DNA of 46,468 nucleotides from Octopus bimaculoides (GCF_001194135.2 NC_069000.1:21099313-21145780); one strand, 5' to 3'. Positions 1-11,770 are shown, counted from the stretch's first letter. Notes: generated by a model not told the origin, from the letters alone. Numbers and translations: made by a program.

Positions 1-33
<33 letters not shown>

Positions 34-635
34 TAGTAAGTAAATGTGTTTAAAGAAAGATTTTCAAGAAACTCACAGTTTGTAGGGAAGGAATGTTTGA
101 CTGTCAATCGTATTTGGAAAAGACTGACAGGTATTTGTATGTATGTGTTTATTTGTATGTATGTGTTTATTTATACGTATGTATGAGTGTGTATTCTCTG
201 TGTATATATATGGTAGAAAGTAAATGTGTGAGAAAAGATTTTCCAAAAACTCACAGTTTGTATTGAAAAACCTCACAGTTTGTAGGAAAAAGTAAATGTG
301 TTTTAAGAAAGAATGGATCATGATTGGAAAGCTTTTTAATATACATCTTCTTGATTAGAGCATAACTTTCAGAAACACTAACTTAAGGGAGATGAGAAGA
401 AGACAAATGGAAGAGAAAAGTAAGAAGAAAGAAAAGGAAATATGAGAATTATGATGTAAAGGGAGCAAAAAGACTGAAGGAGAAAGAGAGAAAGAGAAAA
501 ATAAATGTAAAAGAAGGAATGACTGAAAACCAAAAGAAATTGAATGATGGGAAAGATGCAAAAAAAATGGAAGAGTAAAGAAGAAATGAAGAAGAGAACA
601 AAAAGAGGGATGAAAACGAGAAAACTGGTACTTAC

Positions 636-806
636 TAGAGAGAATGCCGCCAGTCAAGGGAGATAACACCCCCATAATGATAATCAGCATGGGAATCCAT
701 CGACCGAGCTTGTGTTTCCTGAGTCGACTAAATGCGATGACGGCAGCTATTAGGTGAACAAAGACTGATGAGAATAGGGCCCACAAAAATATTTGATACC
801 ACATTT
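636..806 (-). CDS. TMEM170: TMEM170 coding exon 2 (E)MWYQIFLWALFSSVFVHLIAAVIAFSRLRKHKLGRWIPMLIIIMGVLSPLTGGILS(S)
   Basis: Translation matches the conserved TMEM170A/B core (human EMWYGVFLWALVSSLFFHVPAGLLALFTLRHHKYGRFMSVSILLMGIVGPITAGILTS). Acceptor catttcag|AA at 807/806, branch-like CTGAC about 25 nt upstream, donor A|gtaagt at 636/635. 171 nt, phase 1 to phase 1. The rest of ORF 355-804 is intronic read-through. Confidence 0.95.
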
Positions 807-842
807 CTGAAATGATAGCAGGTAAAGGTCAGGATATAGCAG

Positions 843-889
843 TAATAATAATAATATAATGAAATAATAATAATAATAATAATAATAGC

Positions 890-930
<41 letters not shown>

Positions 931-946
931 TAATAATTAATAATAA
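843..946. repeat. (TAA)n microsatellite next to the exon 2 branch point
   Basis: Read directly from sequence. Confidence 0.95.
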
Positions 947-1299
947 TCCTTTCTACTATAGGCACAAGGCCAGCAATTTTGAGGGAAGGGGAGAAGTCAA
1001 TTGCATTGGCCCCAGTACTTGACTAGAACTTATTTTATTGATTCTAAAAAGATTAAAGACAAAGTCAACCCAGAAGGAATTTGAACTCAGAATGTTAAGA
1101 GCTGAAAGACCTGAAATTTGGGAGGAGGGGACAAATCAACTAAATCAACCCCAGTGTTTCACTGGTACTTATTTTATCAACCCCGAAAGGACAAAGGGCA
1201 AAGTCAACCTCAGTAGAATTTGAACTCAGAATGTTAAGATGAACAAAATGCTGCTAAGCATTTTGCCTAGCATGCTAACGATTTTGTCAGCTTGCTGCC

Positions 1300-1337
<38 letters not shown>

Positions 1338-1766
1338 CCTCTCTACTAAAGGCACAAGGCCTGAAACTTAGAGGGAAGGGGGCTAGTCAATTACATCAAC
1401 CCCAGTGTTTCACTGGTATTTAATTTATCAACCCTGAAAAGATGAAAGGCAAAGTCAACCTCAGCAGAATTTGAACTCAGAACGTAGCAACAGGTAAAAT
1501 ACTGCTAAGCATTTATCCCACCAGGCTAATGATTCTGCCAGCTTACTGCCACCTTGATAATAATAATAATGGTTTCAAATTTTGCCACAAAGGCAGCAAT
1601 TTTGGGGGAGGGGATGAGCCAACTACATCAACTGGTACTTATTTTATCGACCCCAAAAGGATGAAAGGCAAAGTTGACCTCAGCAGAATTTAAACCCAGA
1701 ATGTAATGATGTGTGAAATACCGCAAAGCATTTTGTCCAGCATAGTCTGCCAGCTCACTGCCTTTA
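945..1766 (-). mobile_element. Four stacked family-B tRNA-SINE copies (~945-1100, 1101-1302, 1335-1556, 1568-1766)
   Basis: Reverse complement of head aaggcggcgagctggcagaatcgttag..gagttcaaattcc, central gcctttcatcctttcggggtcgataa (Meta-SINE-like) domain and (ATT)n tail. Confidence 0.9.
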
Positions 1767-2164
1767 ATCATCATCATTGTCGTTTAACGTCCGCTTTCCA
1801 TGCTAGCATGGGTTGGACGATTTGACTGAGGACTGGTGAACCAGATGGCTACACCAGGCTCCAATCTGATTTGGCAGAGTTTCTACAGCTGGATGCCCTT
1901 CCTAACGCCAACTATAATAATAATAATAATTTTTCTGATCTAGAAGTCAGTTCTGTGACGAGGACATATCTTTCTTTATCTATATTTTATGCAATCATTT
2001 TCTCTATCTCATTTTACCAGGCTCAATCTGGTTGTAACAGTTGTAACATTTCCATAATAAATTTTGTCGTCACTTTGTGAATACCAAGTTTGTGGATTCA
2101 AAGTGAGAGACAAGTGATATGAACACAAGCAAGAAGCTGTTATGGCAAATGATAAATTCAGGAT

Positions 2165-2490
2165 TTTACAGGATTTCTTCATAGAGACTTTCCCTTCTAT
2201 CCTATTGAAGTAAGGCGACTAAATTTAAGTACAGTGGGGAGAAGAAAAAAAAGCAGTGTAAGACCATTGACTTTGTAATACATAGATACCAAGAAAATTG
2301 AGAAATATTAGGACCTAGCCAGAGAAGTGAAGCACAAAGGTGAAAATTGTTCCTGTGGTAAGTGGTCTACTTGGCACAACATCCAAATTGCTCGTAAGCA
2401 ACTCAAAGATATTGGAATAAGACACATATTGCAGAAAAATGCCATCCTGTGTTCTGCAAGAATCCTGAAAAAGATTCTTGAAACTTGAGA
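2165..2490 (+). mobile_element. R4/Dong-type (RLE) LINE C-terminal remnant
   Basis: KKIEKY*DLAREVK..KVKIVPVVSGLLGTTSKLL..ILQKNAILCSARILKKILET* across frameshifts. Confidence 0.8.
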
Positions 2491-2565
2491 TTTATTGTCA
2501 CCAAATCACAGGTTAATATCCCTGATAATTGAATTAGCATGTCATAGTTTTTGTATAAAAGATGG

Positions 2566-2910
2566 TGCATTACTCAGAGATTAAAGCATCGAGCTTCCAA
2601 TCATGAGGTAGTGAGTTCAATTCCTGGATGGGGCTGTGTGTTGTGTTCTTGAATGAGACACTTTATTTCACGTTGCTCCAGTTTACTCAGCTGTAGAAAT
2701 GAGTTGCAACGTCACTGGTGCCAAGCTGTATCGGCCTTTGCCAATACAGCTTGGCACCAGTGAGAGGAGAGGCACCATGGAGAAGGGAGGCTGATATGCA
2801 TGGGCAACTGCTGCTCTTCCATAAACAATCTTGCTCGGTCTTGTGCCTTAGAGGGGAACTTTCTAAGTGCAATCCCATGGTCATTCATGACCAAAGAGGT
2901 CTTTACTCTC
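2566..2910 (+). mobile_element. Family-C SINE (tRNA head, CORE-like block)
   Basis: gagttcaattcc B box, gtgttgtgttcttgaatgagacactttatttcacgttgctccag block, terminal ggtcattcatgacc hairpin; inverted sister copy at 9186-9512. Confidence 0.85.
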
Positions 2911-2942
2911 TTAGTTTTTGTATAATAATAATAATAATAATA

Positions 2943-3140
2943 GTTTCAAATTTTTGGTTCAAGGCACACAAATTCGGTGGGAGGGAGTAACTCATTTACA
3001 TCAACTTCAGTGCTCAACTGGTACTTTTTTTTTTTTTTATCAACCCCAATAAGAAGAAAGGCAAAGTCAACCATGGCAGAATTTGAACTCAAAATGTAAA
3101 GGCGAACAAAATGCTGCTAAGCATTTTGCCTGACATGCTA
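2943..3140 (-). mobile_element. Family-B SINE
   Basis: Same diagnostic blocks as 945-1766. Confidence 0.85.
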
Positions 3141-3417
3141 ATGTCCCCACTGACATTTATTTTATTTTGAACCTGTTGAAGGCACACGAGATGCCGAAAT
3201 ATTGTTGTTCAAAGGACCAATAAATAAGTTACTTTCGAGTTGCACTTTTAGTCATTGAGTTGACCGTGGTGATGGATTACGTCAGCTATGTTTACCTTAG
3301 TGATGGAATTTGGCAATCGTATACAAAAGTTAAGAACTCATCTCTGTATCTATTACATTTCTGCTGAGTTACCAGTCCTTTATATAAACTACTACTACTA
3401 ATAATAATAATAATAAT

Positions 3418-3606
3418 AATCCTTTCTACTATAGGCACAAGGTTTGAAATGTTAGAGGATGGAGATATTCAATTACATCAACACCAGTGCACAACTGGTA
3501 CTTACTTTATTGATTCTGAAAGGATGAATCAACCTTGGAGAGGCGTTGGGAGGATAAAAAAGAAAGTTGATCTTGGGGCAGGATTTGAACTCAAAACATA
3601 AAGAAC
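3418..3606 (-). mobile_element. Family-B SINE (partial)
   Basis: Tail, central domain and B box in reverse orientation. Confidence 0.8.
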
Positions 3607-3620
3607 CAGAATTATTGTTG

Positions 3621-3664
<44 letters not shown>

Positions 3665-3892
3665 TAGGTAGCAAACTGGCAGAATCATTAGCATTACAGA
3701 TAAAATGCTTAGTGGCATTTCATCCATCTTCACATTGCGAGTTCAAATTCTACTGAAGTTGACTTTGCCTTTCATTCTTTTGGAGTTCATGAAATAAGTA
3801 CCAGTTGCAAACTGGGGTTGATGTAATCAGCTAGCCCCACCCCAAAAAAATTTCTGGCCTTGTGCCTGTAGGAGAAAAGATTATTATTATTG
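3665..3892 (+). mobile_element. Family-B SINE
   Basis: Full head to tail in forward orientation. Confidence 0.85.
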
Positions 3893-3975
3893 TACAGATA
3901 TCAAATAGACAAGCTTCAACATTATCACATTTAAAAATATATTTATATGGAGTCAATGCTATCATCTAAGAATAT

Positions 3976-4004
3976 CTGAAGAAGGAATTGTATTCCGAAA
4001 TATC
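3976..4004 (+). ncRNA. Minimal hammerhead ribozyme core (Penelope-like type)
   Basis: CTGAAGA-A-GGAAT(TGT)ATTCC-GAAA-TAT-C: intact CUGANGA and GAAA boxes, 5-bp stem II, palindromic AUAU stem III, AUC cleavage triplet. Stem I is only 2 bp next to the core. Confidence 0.55.
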
Positions 4005-4171
4005 ATCGGACTATGGATAACTAAATTACAGCAGGTATATAGTCCATTTTTTTGTATTATAGTGTATTGCTGTACCATTCAAAACTTTTTATTCTTTACA
4101 AACAATACACAATGCTTCAAGCGAACTACAATACTCTCCTATATTTATATATTTTATTGTTGTGTATACAA

Positions 4172-4209
<38 letters not shown>

Positions 4210-4662
4210 TAATATGTCTAAGTACGGCCCTTACAGTCACTGCATTATTAGCAGCATAAGAGGTTTTCAGTAAAATGCTAAGTTAGACTGAGACTATGTA
4301 CCATTTTGTTAACTGGATAGAAGAGTAGAGAAGTGACAGAACTATAATACTTCAATTTATACAGAAATATACAAATATGACAGGCTGCTATAACAAGAGT
4401 AACGAAAAGTAAATGATATGGTAACCATAGCAACGGTGGTGCGAAATTGTAGTTCAATTTGGAATTTGCTTCATTCCAACATTACACCTCATCAAAATAA
4501 CTCACTTCACATCTACAACAAAAAAGTCTCTATATGGTCACTCAATGTGCTAGAAATAGTAGCAAAATCTACCTTCTAAACTATATTATGCTGAAAAATA
4601 GAAAAAGGATGAAATGAGCATAAGAGTCCATATAAGAGTCACTTTGTTAAAGATTTATGAGC

Positions 4663-5828
4663 AGGAATGGACATGTGGTAAGTAGCTTGCTTACCAACCA
4701 TACAGTTCCAGGTTCAGTCCCACTGCGTGGCACCTTGGGCAAGTGTCTTCTACTTATAGCCTCAGGCTGACCAAAGCTTTGTGAGTAGATTTGGTAAATG
4801 GAAACTGAAAGAAGCCTGTCGTATATATATATATATATATTTATGTATGCATGTATATATGTTTGTATACCTGTGTTTGTCCCCAACATCACTTGACAAC
4901 CAATGCTGGTGTGTTTGTATACCCATAACTTAGAGGCACAGCAAAAGAGGCCAATAGAATAAGTTACAATTAAAGGCAGTGCTCCAGCATGGCCGCAGTC
5001 AAATGACTGACACAAGTAAAAGAATAAAAGAAATTAATTAGGTACAGGCATAGCTGTGTGGTAATAAGTTTGCTTCCCAACCACACAACTCCAGGTTCAG
5101 TCCCACAATGTGCACCTTGGACAAGTGTCTTCTACTATAGCCCCAGACTGACCAAAGCCTTGTGAGTGGATTTGGTAGACAGAAACTGGAAGAAGCCCGT
5201 CATCTGTGTGTGTGACTTTGTGTCCGTGTTTGTTCCTCACCATCACTTGACAACAGGTGTTGGTGTGTTTATATCTCCGTGACTTAGCAGTTCGGCAAAA
5301 GAGACAGACAGAATAACAGCTAGGCTTAAAAAAGTAAGTCCTGGGGTCTTTTGACTAAAAGCCTTCAAGGTGGTGCCCCAGCATGGCCACAGTCAAATGA
5401 CAAACAAGTAAAAGATAAAAGGTATACTTCGACAATACACAAAATATTTTAATTTTTTTATGCAATTCCTAATAACATTTAACTATAAAAATATGATAGA
5501 ATTTTTTTAAAACACTGAATGGTTCGGAGGATCCACCTGAATGAAATAGGAATTAAAGGGGTCCATAGGTAAAAAATGGTTGAGAACTACTACTCTATAT
5601 GTTTACTTGATCTACTAAAAATAGTAGTAAAATCTACCTTCTAAACTATACCAAGCTGAAAAATATATCCCCGCAACTTAGCAGTCCAGCAAAAGTAACC
5701 AATTGGGTAAGTACCAGGTTTTAAACAAAAAAAACTTACTGAGGTCAATTCACTTGACTAAAATGCTTTAAGGTGGTGCCCCCAACATGGCACATAGTCT
5801 AATGACTGAAACAGGTAAAAGATAAAAG
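4663..5828 (+). mobile_element. Family-A tRNA-SINEs (~4663-5032, 5040-5420, 3' half 5665-5828)
   Basis: Head ggagtggctgtgtggtaag..ggttcagtccc, caccttgggcaagtgtc core, internal (TA/TG)n, tail gactgaaacaagtaaaaga. Confidence 0.9.
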
Positions 5829-6767
5829 ATATATGAAGTTCTGCAGAGTGTCCATTTCCAAATTTCACTCACATGATTGTAGTCAACCCAAAGACAGGAA
5901 AAAAACACAAATGGTCCTCTTGTATTTTCTTTTACCCAAAGCCAGGAACTTTACAGCACCGCCTCATATAGATATTTATATATATATTCTAAAGTGGTGT
6001 TTTGAAATATGTGTATCACTGTAAATCTGAGGGTAACCCATTGAATATTAAGGGGGTAGTGCCATCCAGTGCAACCCCTTAGTGACAGCCATGTACACTG
6101 TCAAGAATGAAAAAAAAAACTACTACATAAAGAATGGTATATTTCTTTCCTTAAAATTTAAACCCTTACTGTTACTTTAGTGAGCAACAGATGTCACACA
6201 TACATAGGCATCTGTTTATTGTTTAATATAATCATGATTATTATTATTTCTATTTTACTGTTCTATGTGTACTATTATTTTGAATGTTATTTTCCATATG
6301 TCCTCATATCATCATTATCCAGCACTTTTATTATTTTGAAATGATTTGTTTCCATAGTAATGTACTTTTATAGCACTTGAAACACACACAGACAATGAAC
6401 TAAAGAGGATTTGCAAAACAGTGTTATAGAATCTATCACAAAAGGAGACACAGAATAGGCTTATAAAAAAGAATCTGTCCGTGTGGATAAATGTTGATAA
6501 AGGAAAACTTGTCTGTCATGGCACTCACTTGAAACAACAATGTTATGAATGCTAAGATAACAATGAAGTGACAAAGATAGCAGTGATGAAGATGAAATTG
6601 CATCTGAATTGAAAACCAGTTAATTGAGTTGTGAGCAAAATTAATCATAAGAGCTAAGACAATGTTCTGTCATGACAAAACGAAATCCAAAGGCTGCTTG
6701 TTTGATGTATTAAAATTTACACAGCTAGAGATTTGAACACATAATAAAAGATTATTCATAAGTACAG

Positions 6768-6893
6768 ATGAGGCTATGTGGTAAGAAGCTTGCTTCCAAT
6801 CACATGGTATCTTGGGCAAATGTCTTCTACTATAACCTCAGGCCAACCAAAGCCTTATGAGTGGATTTAGTAGACAGAAACTGAAAGAAGTCG

Positions 6894-6978
<85 letters not shown>

Positions 6979-6981
6979 TGT

Positions 6982-7031
<50 letters not shown>

Positions 7032-7200
7032 CCACTGCTTGACAACCAGTGTTGGTGTGTCCCCATAACTTAGTTTGGTGAAATAGACTGGCAGAATAAG
7101 TACCCGGCTTTAAAAAAATAAAGTACCAGGGTTGAATAGTTCTACTAGAATTCCTCAAGGCAGTGCTCTAGTATGGCCACATTCTAATGACTGAAACAAA
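6768..7200 (+). mobile_element. Family-A SINE with long internal (TG)n(AG)n
   Basis: Same blocks; microsatellite at 6897-7031. Confidence 0.9.
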
Positions 7201-9185
7201 AGATGCAAACAAGAGATTTTTGAATATTATTAGCTGGAGACCAACTCTTGGTTTGCTGAATGGATTTCCAATTCAATAATAACTTGGTGTTGAATGCATA
7301 ATTATGCACAACCAATCATCCATACACATATAAGGTAGCCTCTATACGGTTGCTAGATCTGCTAGCAACAACAATCAAATGACATCAAATCATTCCATAT
7401 CAATTTTAAAATGGGAAGAATATACAGCAGAAATCAACTGTGAAACAATATAATGAAAAGAAATGATGGCTACTATTGGAATGCTAGTGAAGTTGACATG
7501 TCTGTTTAAGGAAAGATGACTATGGCTATACAACAACAAAATACCCATATTTGCAGGATTACTCAACCTGAACAAAATAACAGCCAAATCACCCTCAAAT
7601 CATACCCAAGGATTGTTAAAAAAAGGAAAGCCACTTTAATGTAGTACTAGATATGACATACCTGGAGACTACAAGATGGTCAGAACTGTAAAGCCTATTC
7701 CCATAAATCAATGGACTAGGGCTGACCTGGAGTTGAACAATAGCTTGAACACACCAGATTTAGCAGCCTTCATCCTGTATCTCTCCCATATCTTTAAAAC
7801 TAGAAACCTAAAATTTAAAGTGAAAATTAAAATCACAAATTTTTAAAGTCACCTCTATAAAGAGGGTGTATACAGAGGTAATTGATGGTACCCCATTGCT
7901 GTCCAATGATGACAGCCCATGTGACACCACAGTCTAAAGCTGGAAGCACACAGGTGCCCACAGGTGTCACAATGACAGTCTGTTGTCTGGATTGAGGCAG
8001 ACACTACCCTGTGATGTTTGTCTCTTGCAGCAGCAAGACACTGTCGCCAGTTCTCTTCAAAGGCAGCTGCTGCATGTGAGGTGAGATACCTTCACACTGA
8101 TCTCTCTGTGGCAAGTTCACATGAATTAATGTCGTTCTATTTGAGGGTGCTTTACAGGGTGTCCTTGTTTGTGTGAGCTCTGCATGAGGTCACTGTAAAC
8201 AGCTGCCAGTCCAACATAACTGAACCTTCAGCAACATTGACCCAATGCTTGTTGAACAAGCTCTGTATAGTTAGTAAATATATTCACTTTACTAACTGCA
8301 CCATCTATATGATATCCCATAATACTATATGATATCCCATAATGATATCGCTATATGATATCCCATAATATGCAACTTTCAGTTTTATATGGCATTTCTA
8401 CCTAACAGTGTTCTAGTTGTGATAATCTCATCATCGTTCACAGCATATTCTATCCATGACTGAGTTAACCAGTATATTCTACCCTTCTTATGATAGTGAG
8501 GTCAAGTTTGAGGATGAGTTGGCTACTATTTCTAGTATTTAATAGGTTGAATGATGCTGTATATGAAGAATACACAGGTATGCAGAAATGTCATAGATAG
8601 TGGAGAGGGTACATGCATCTTCAATATATAATAAACAGCAAATACCAATGCATCTCAAACTGGGCAATATGGTCCACAACTAGAAGGTGTAGCATATTAT
8701 TTATTATTAATTTAATTATGGTTGGGTTCCAATCCAGGCTGCAGTAACAAAGTCCACTCGCCACACTTCCAAGCCAGTGTCTATAATCAAGTTGTCAGTG
8801 TAAATGTGACAACATTGTCCTCTTCTTACACCACCATGAAGTGGATTCCACAAGACTAATTTGAATGCTTCCAGTTCAGGGTGGCATACACTGTAACCAG
8901 ATGTGGCATATCTAGACCTATAGATTGCATCTGGTCATTTGGCCGACTACCTACATGTCATAGGTCTGCTTGATCAGGTCTAACCTACAGTTACACAACT
9001 ACAGCAACTCTATCTCCATTATCTCAATTATATATCTTTTATTTCTGTCTATAAACATAGAGAAACCCACAAGAGATTCTTAGATATGAAGAATACAATT
9101 AAAACTTCAAATACTGCAAGAAGGGGCAAAACAATTGCTACAGCTTTTCGTCATTTTCACTTAAATGTGTAAAAAAGTTGAAGAT

Positions 9186-9512
9186 CCCCTTTGGTCATGA
9201 ACGACCATGGGACTGCATCAAGAAAGTTACCCTCCAAGGCACAAGTCCGGGCAAGGTTGTATATGGAAGACCAGCAGTTGCCCATGCATTCCAGCTATCC
9301 CTCTCCATGCCATCAATGTTATCCAAGAGAAAGGTCAATACATCTTGGCACCAGTGACGTTACAATTCATTTCTACAGCTGAGTGAACTGGAACAATGTG
9401 AAATAAAGTGTACTGCTCAAAAACACAACACACAGCCCGGTCTGAGAATTGAATTCACTACCTCATGATTGTGAGCCAGACGCTCTAACCATTGAGCCAT
9501 GTGCTTTCACAC
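9186..9512 (-). mobile_element. Family-C SINE
   Basis: Reverse complement of 2566-2910. Confidence 0.85.
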
Positions 9513-9858
9513 TTAAATGTGTATCAAGGAACTAATTAGAGATTACATTACATTGTTAATCCACCGAGCAACTTGAAAGTATCAGTATCAGATATAATGC
9601 ATATGTGACAAATACTAATTCATTATCAAACAATTTAATCAGTAACATAAATATTTCTTTCAGATGGTTGCTAAGATATTAACAAATGCAAATATCATTG
9701 TCATCTTCTCGGATGTACATGTACACAAACACAGTCATTCAATAGGGTTCAAATTCAAGTATGTCAGATTTAAGGAAATTCACTACACAATAAGTTTAAA
9801 GAGACTTATTTCAATTTACAAAGCTCTTTGACCTAATAAAAAGTGTGTGTGTGTGTGT

Positions 9859-9894
<36 letters not shown>

Positions 9895-10014
9895 TGGTGA
9901 GAAACACACAGGGAGTCAAGTATCTCATTACAGATATGCCAATTAACTGCTCGTGATTACTGGTACTCTCTCTAAAGTGAAAAATTGGCCAAATTGTTTA
10001 GTGTCACATGGAAA

Positions 10015-11195
10015 GCCATGTGGTATATGTTCTTACTCTCTGCACTCTGAGTTCAAATTTTGCCAAGGTCAATTTAGCCTTTCATCATTTTAGGGTCAAT
10101 AAATTAGAAAGTAGTGAATTAACAAAATTGTTAGAAAGTTGGGTGCAATGCATAAAGAGATTTGAACTCAAAACCTAAAGGAACAAACCAAAATGCAGAA
10201 AATATTTTGTCTATTGATCTTTTGAGTTCTGCCAATCCACTGGTCATCTAATAATGGTTTCTGATTTAGACACAAACATAGGAATTTTGAAGAAAGTGTG
10301 TTAATCAAAGGCATCAGCACCAGTACTTGATTGATACTTCACTTTATCAAAACCCCAATTTTTTTTTTTTTTTTTTCATATTAAATTCCGATATAATCAT
10401 AACCTATACACTCTGAAAGGTATATCCAGAAAATTTCATTAAAAAATTCCTCATTTTCCTTAAAGTCATGAAGAAACAAAACCAATTTGTGTGAATTTTC
10501 CCAAACTCATCACCCCACCCTCGGGAAAATTTTTCACAATAAATTCTGGTATAATTGGAATCTATACCACCTGAAGCATATTTGTGGAAAACTTCATTAG
10601 AAAATAAATAAATAAATATCCATTTTTCTGGAAGTTATGAGGCAACAAAGTCAGGGAAGTGGGGGTCACACATGTAGGAATGCCTCAATGTTTCTAACAG
10701 CCTGTAGTAACGCCTTGTCTCATGCGCATGCGTAGTCATCAATATCCAAGTTTGGCGCCCTTATTCATACTCTTTTCCCGGCCGGGCGGCCATGAGCATG
10801 GTCATGTCAAGCTGTCTCTCCAGCTTTCCAACTCTGGGGACGGCTCACAAACAACATTCCGGCGTCTCAGCAACCATGCCTATTTTCCTCCATAAATAAA
10901 TATTGATGTGTTGATAGTTCAGAGTTTTGCGTTACGTTGTTTATTCCGAAAATAATATAGGAAAGCAGGTGTACACCTAATGGTGTATAACCACTTTCCT
11001 ATAAGACCATAAGCCACAAATTTGGATAAGAGGAGACAGTAAATTATATTGATGACCAACAGTATTTTTTTTACTGACCCTGGAAAGATGAAAGATTAGA
11101 TTAGCTTCAATGGAGTTTGAACTCAGAACATAATGTACTATCAGTAAAAACACAAGGCATTATGCCAATGCTCCAATGAAACTGCCAATCCACTG
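10015..11195. mobile_element. Old family-B fragments (~10015-10115 +, 10116-10350 -, 10994-11195 -)
   Basis: Degenerate gagttcaaatt / gcctttcatc / gaactcagaac blocks. Confidence 0.55.
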
Positions 11196-11571
11196 AGTGT
11201 ATTTCTGGTTTTTGCTTTCTTGTGTATGTTTTCTCTTTAATTAGATTTAACCTAATAATAGCAGCCGTTTTTACACATTTTCATAAAGGATGTAAATAGC
11301 TGATTGACTTGATCAATATATCTTATCAACTCTGGAAAAACGAACAGCAAAGACATATCTAATAGGAGTCTGAATATAGAACTGGAAGGTAAAACTAATA
11401 ACAGTTGATTTCTCAGTATGGTACTACTCACTAGTTGCCATGGCATTACTAAACAACAATAACAGAAAAATTAACAACAGTAAGACAAAAAAAAAACAGT
11501 TCATATTTCTTTCCAAAGAGGAAAAAATAGTTGGTTTAAATTGAATTGAAAGAATGTTTGTATTTAGTCTC

Positions 11572-11770
11572 ATCATCATTTAATGTCTGTTTCCCATACT
11601 GGCATGGGTTGGACAGTTTGACTGAAAACTGGTAAGCTGCACCAGGTTTCAATCTGAACCATGCCAAATCAGGTTGGAACCTGGAGTAGTTCCAAAGTTT
11701 ACCAGTTTTCAGTCAAACTGTCCAACCCATGCCAACATGGAAAACGGATTTTAAATTATGATGATGATGA
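11572..11770. repeat. Fold-back palindrome built from family-D 3' ends
   Basis: Perfect 36-bp inverted repeat 11600-11635 / 11699-11734 inside longer imperfect arms. Confidence 0.92.

Noticed and set aside
355-635. Hydrophobic C-terminal extension of the 149-aa ORF
   Set aside because: Read-through past the gtaagt donor into a U/C-rich intron; no TMEM170 similarity.
11252-11446. ORF with faint ABC-transporter-like hydrophobic pattern
   Set aside because: No credible splice sites or companion exons; similarity too weak.
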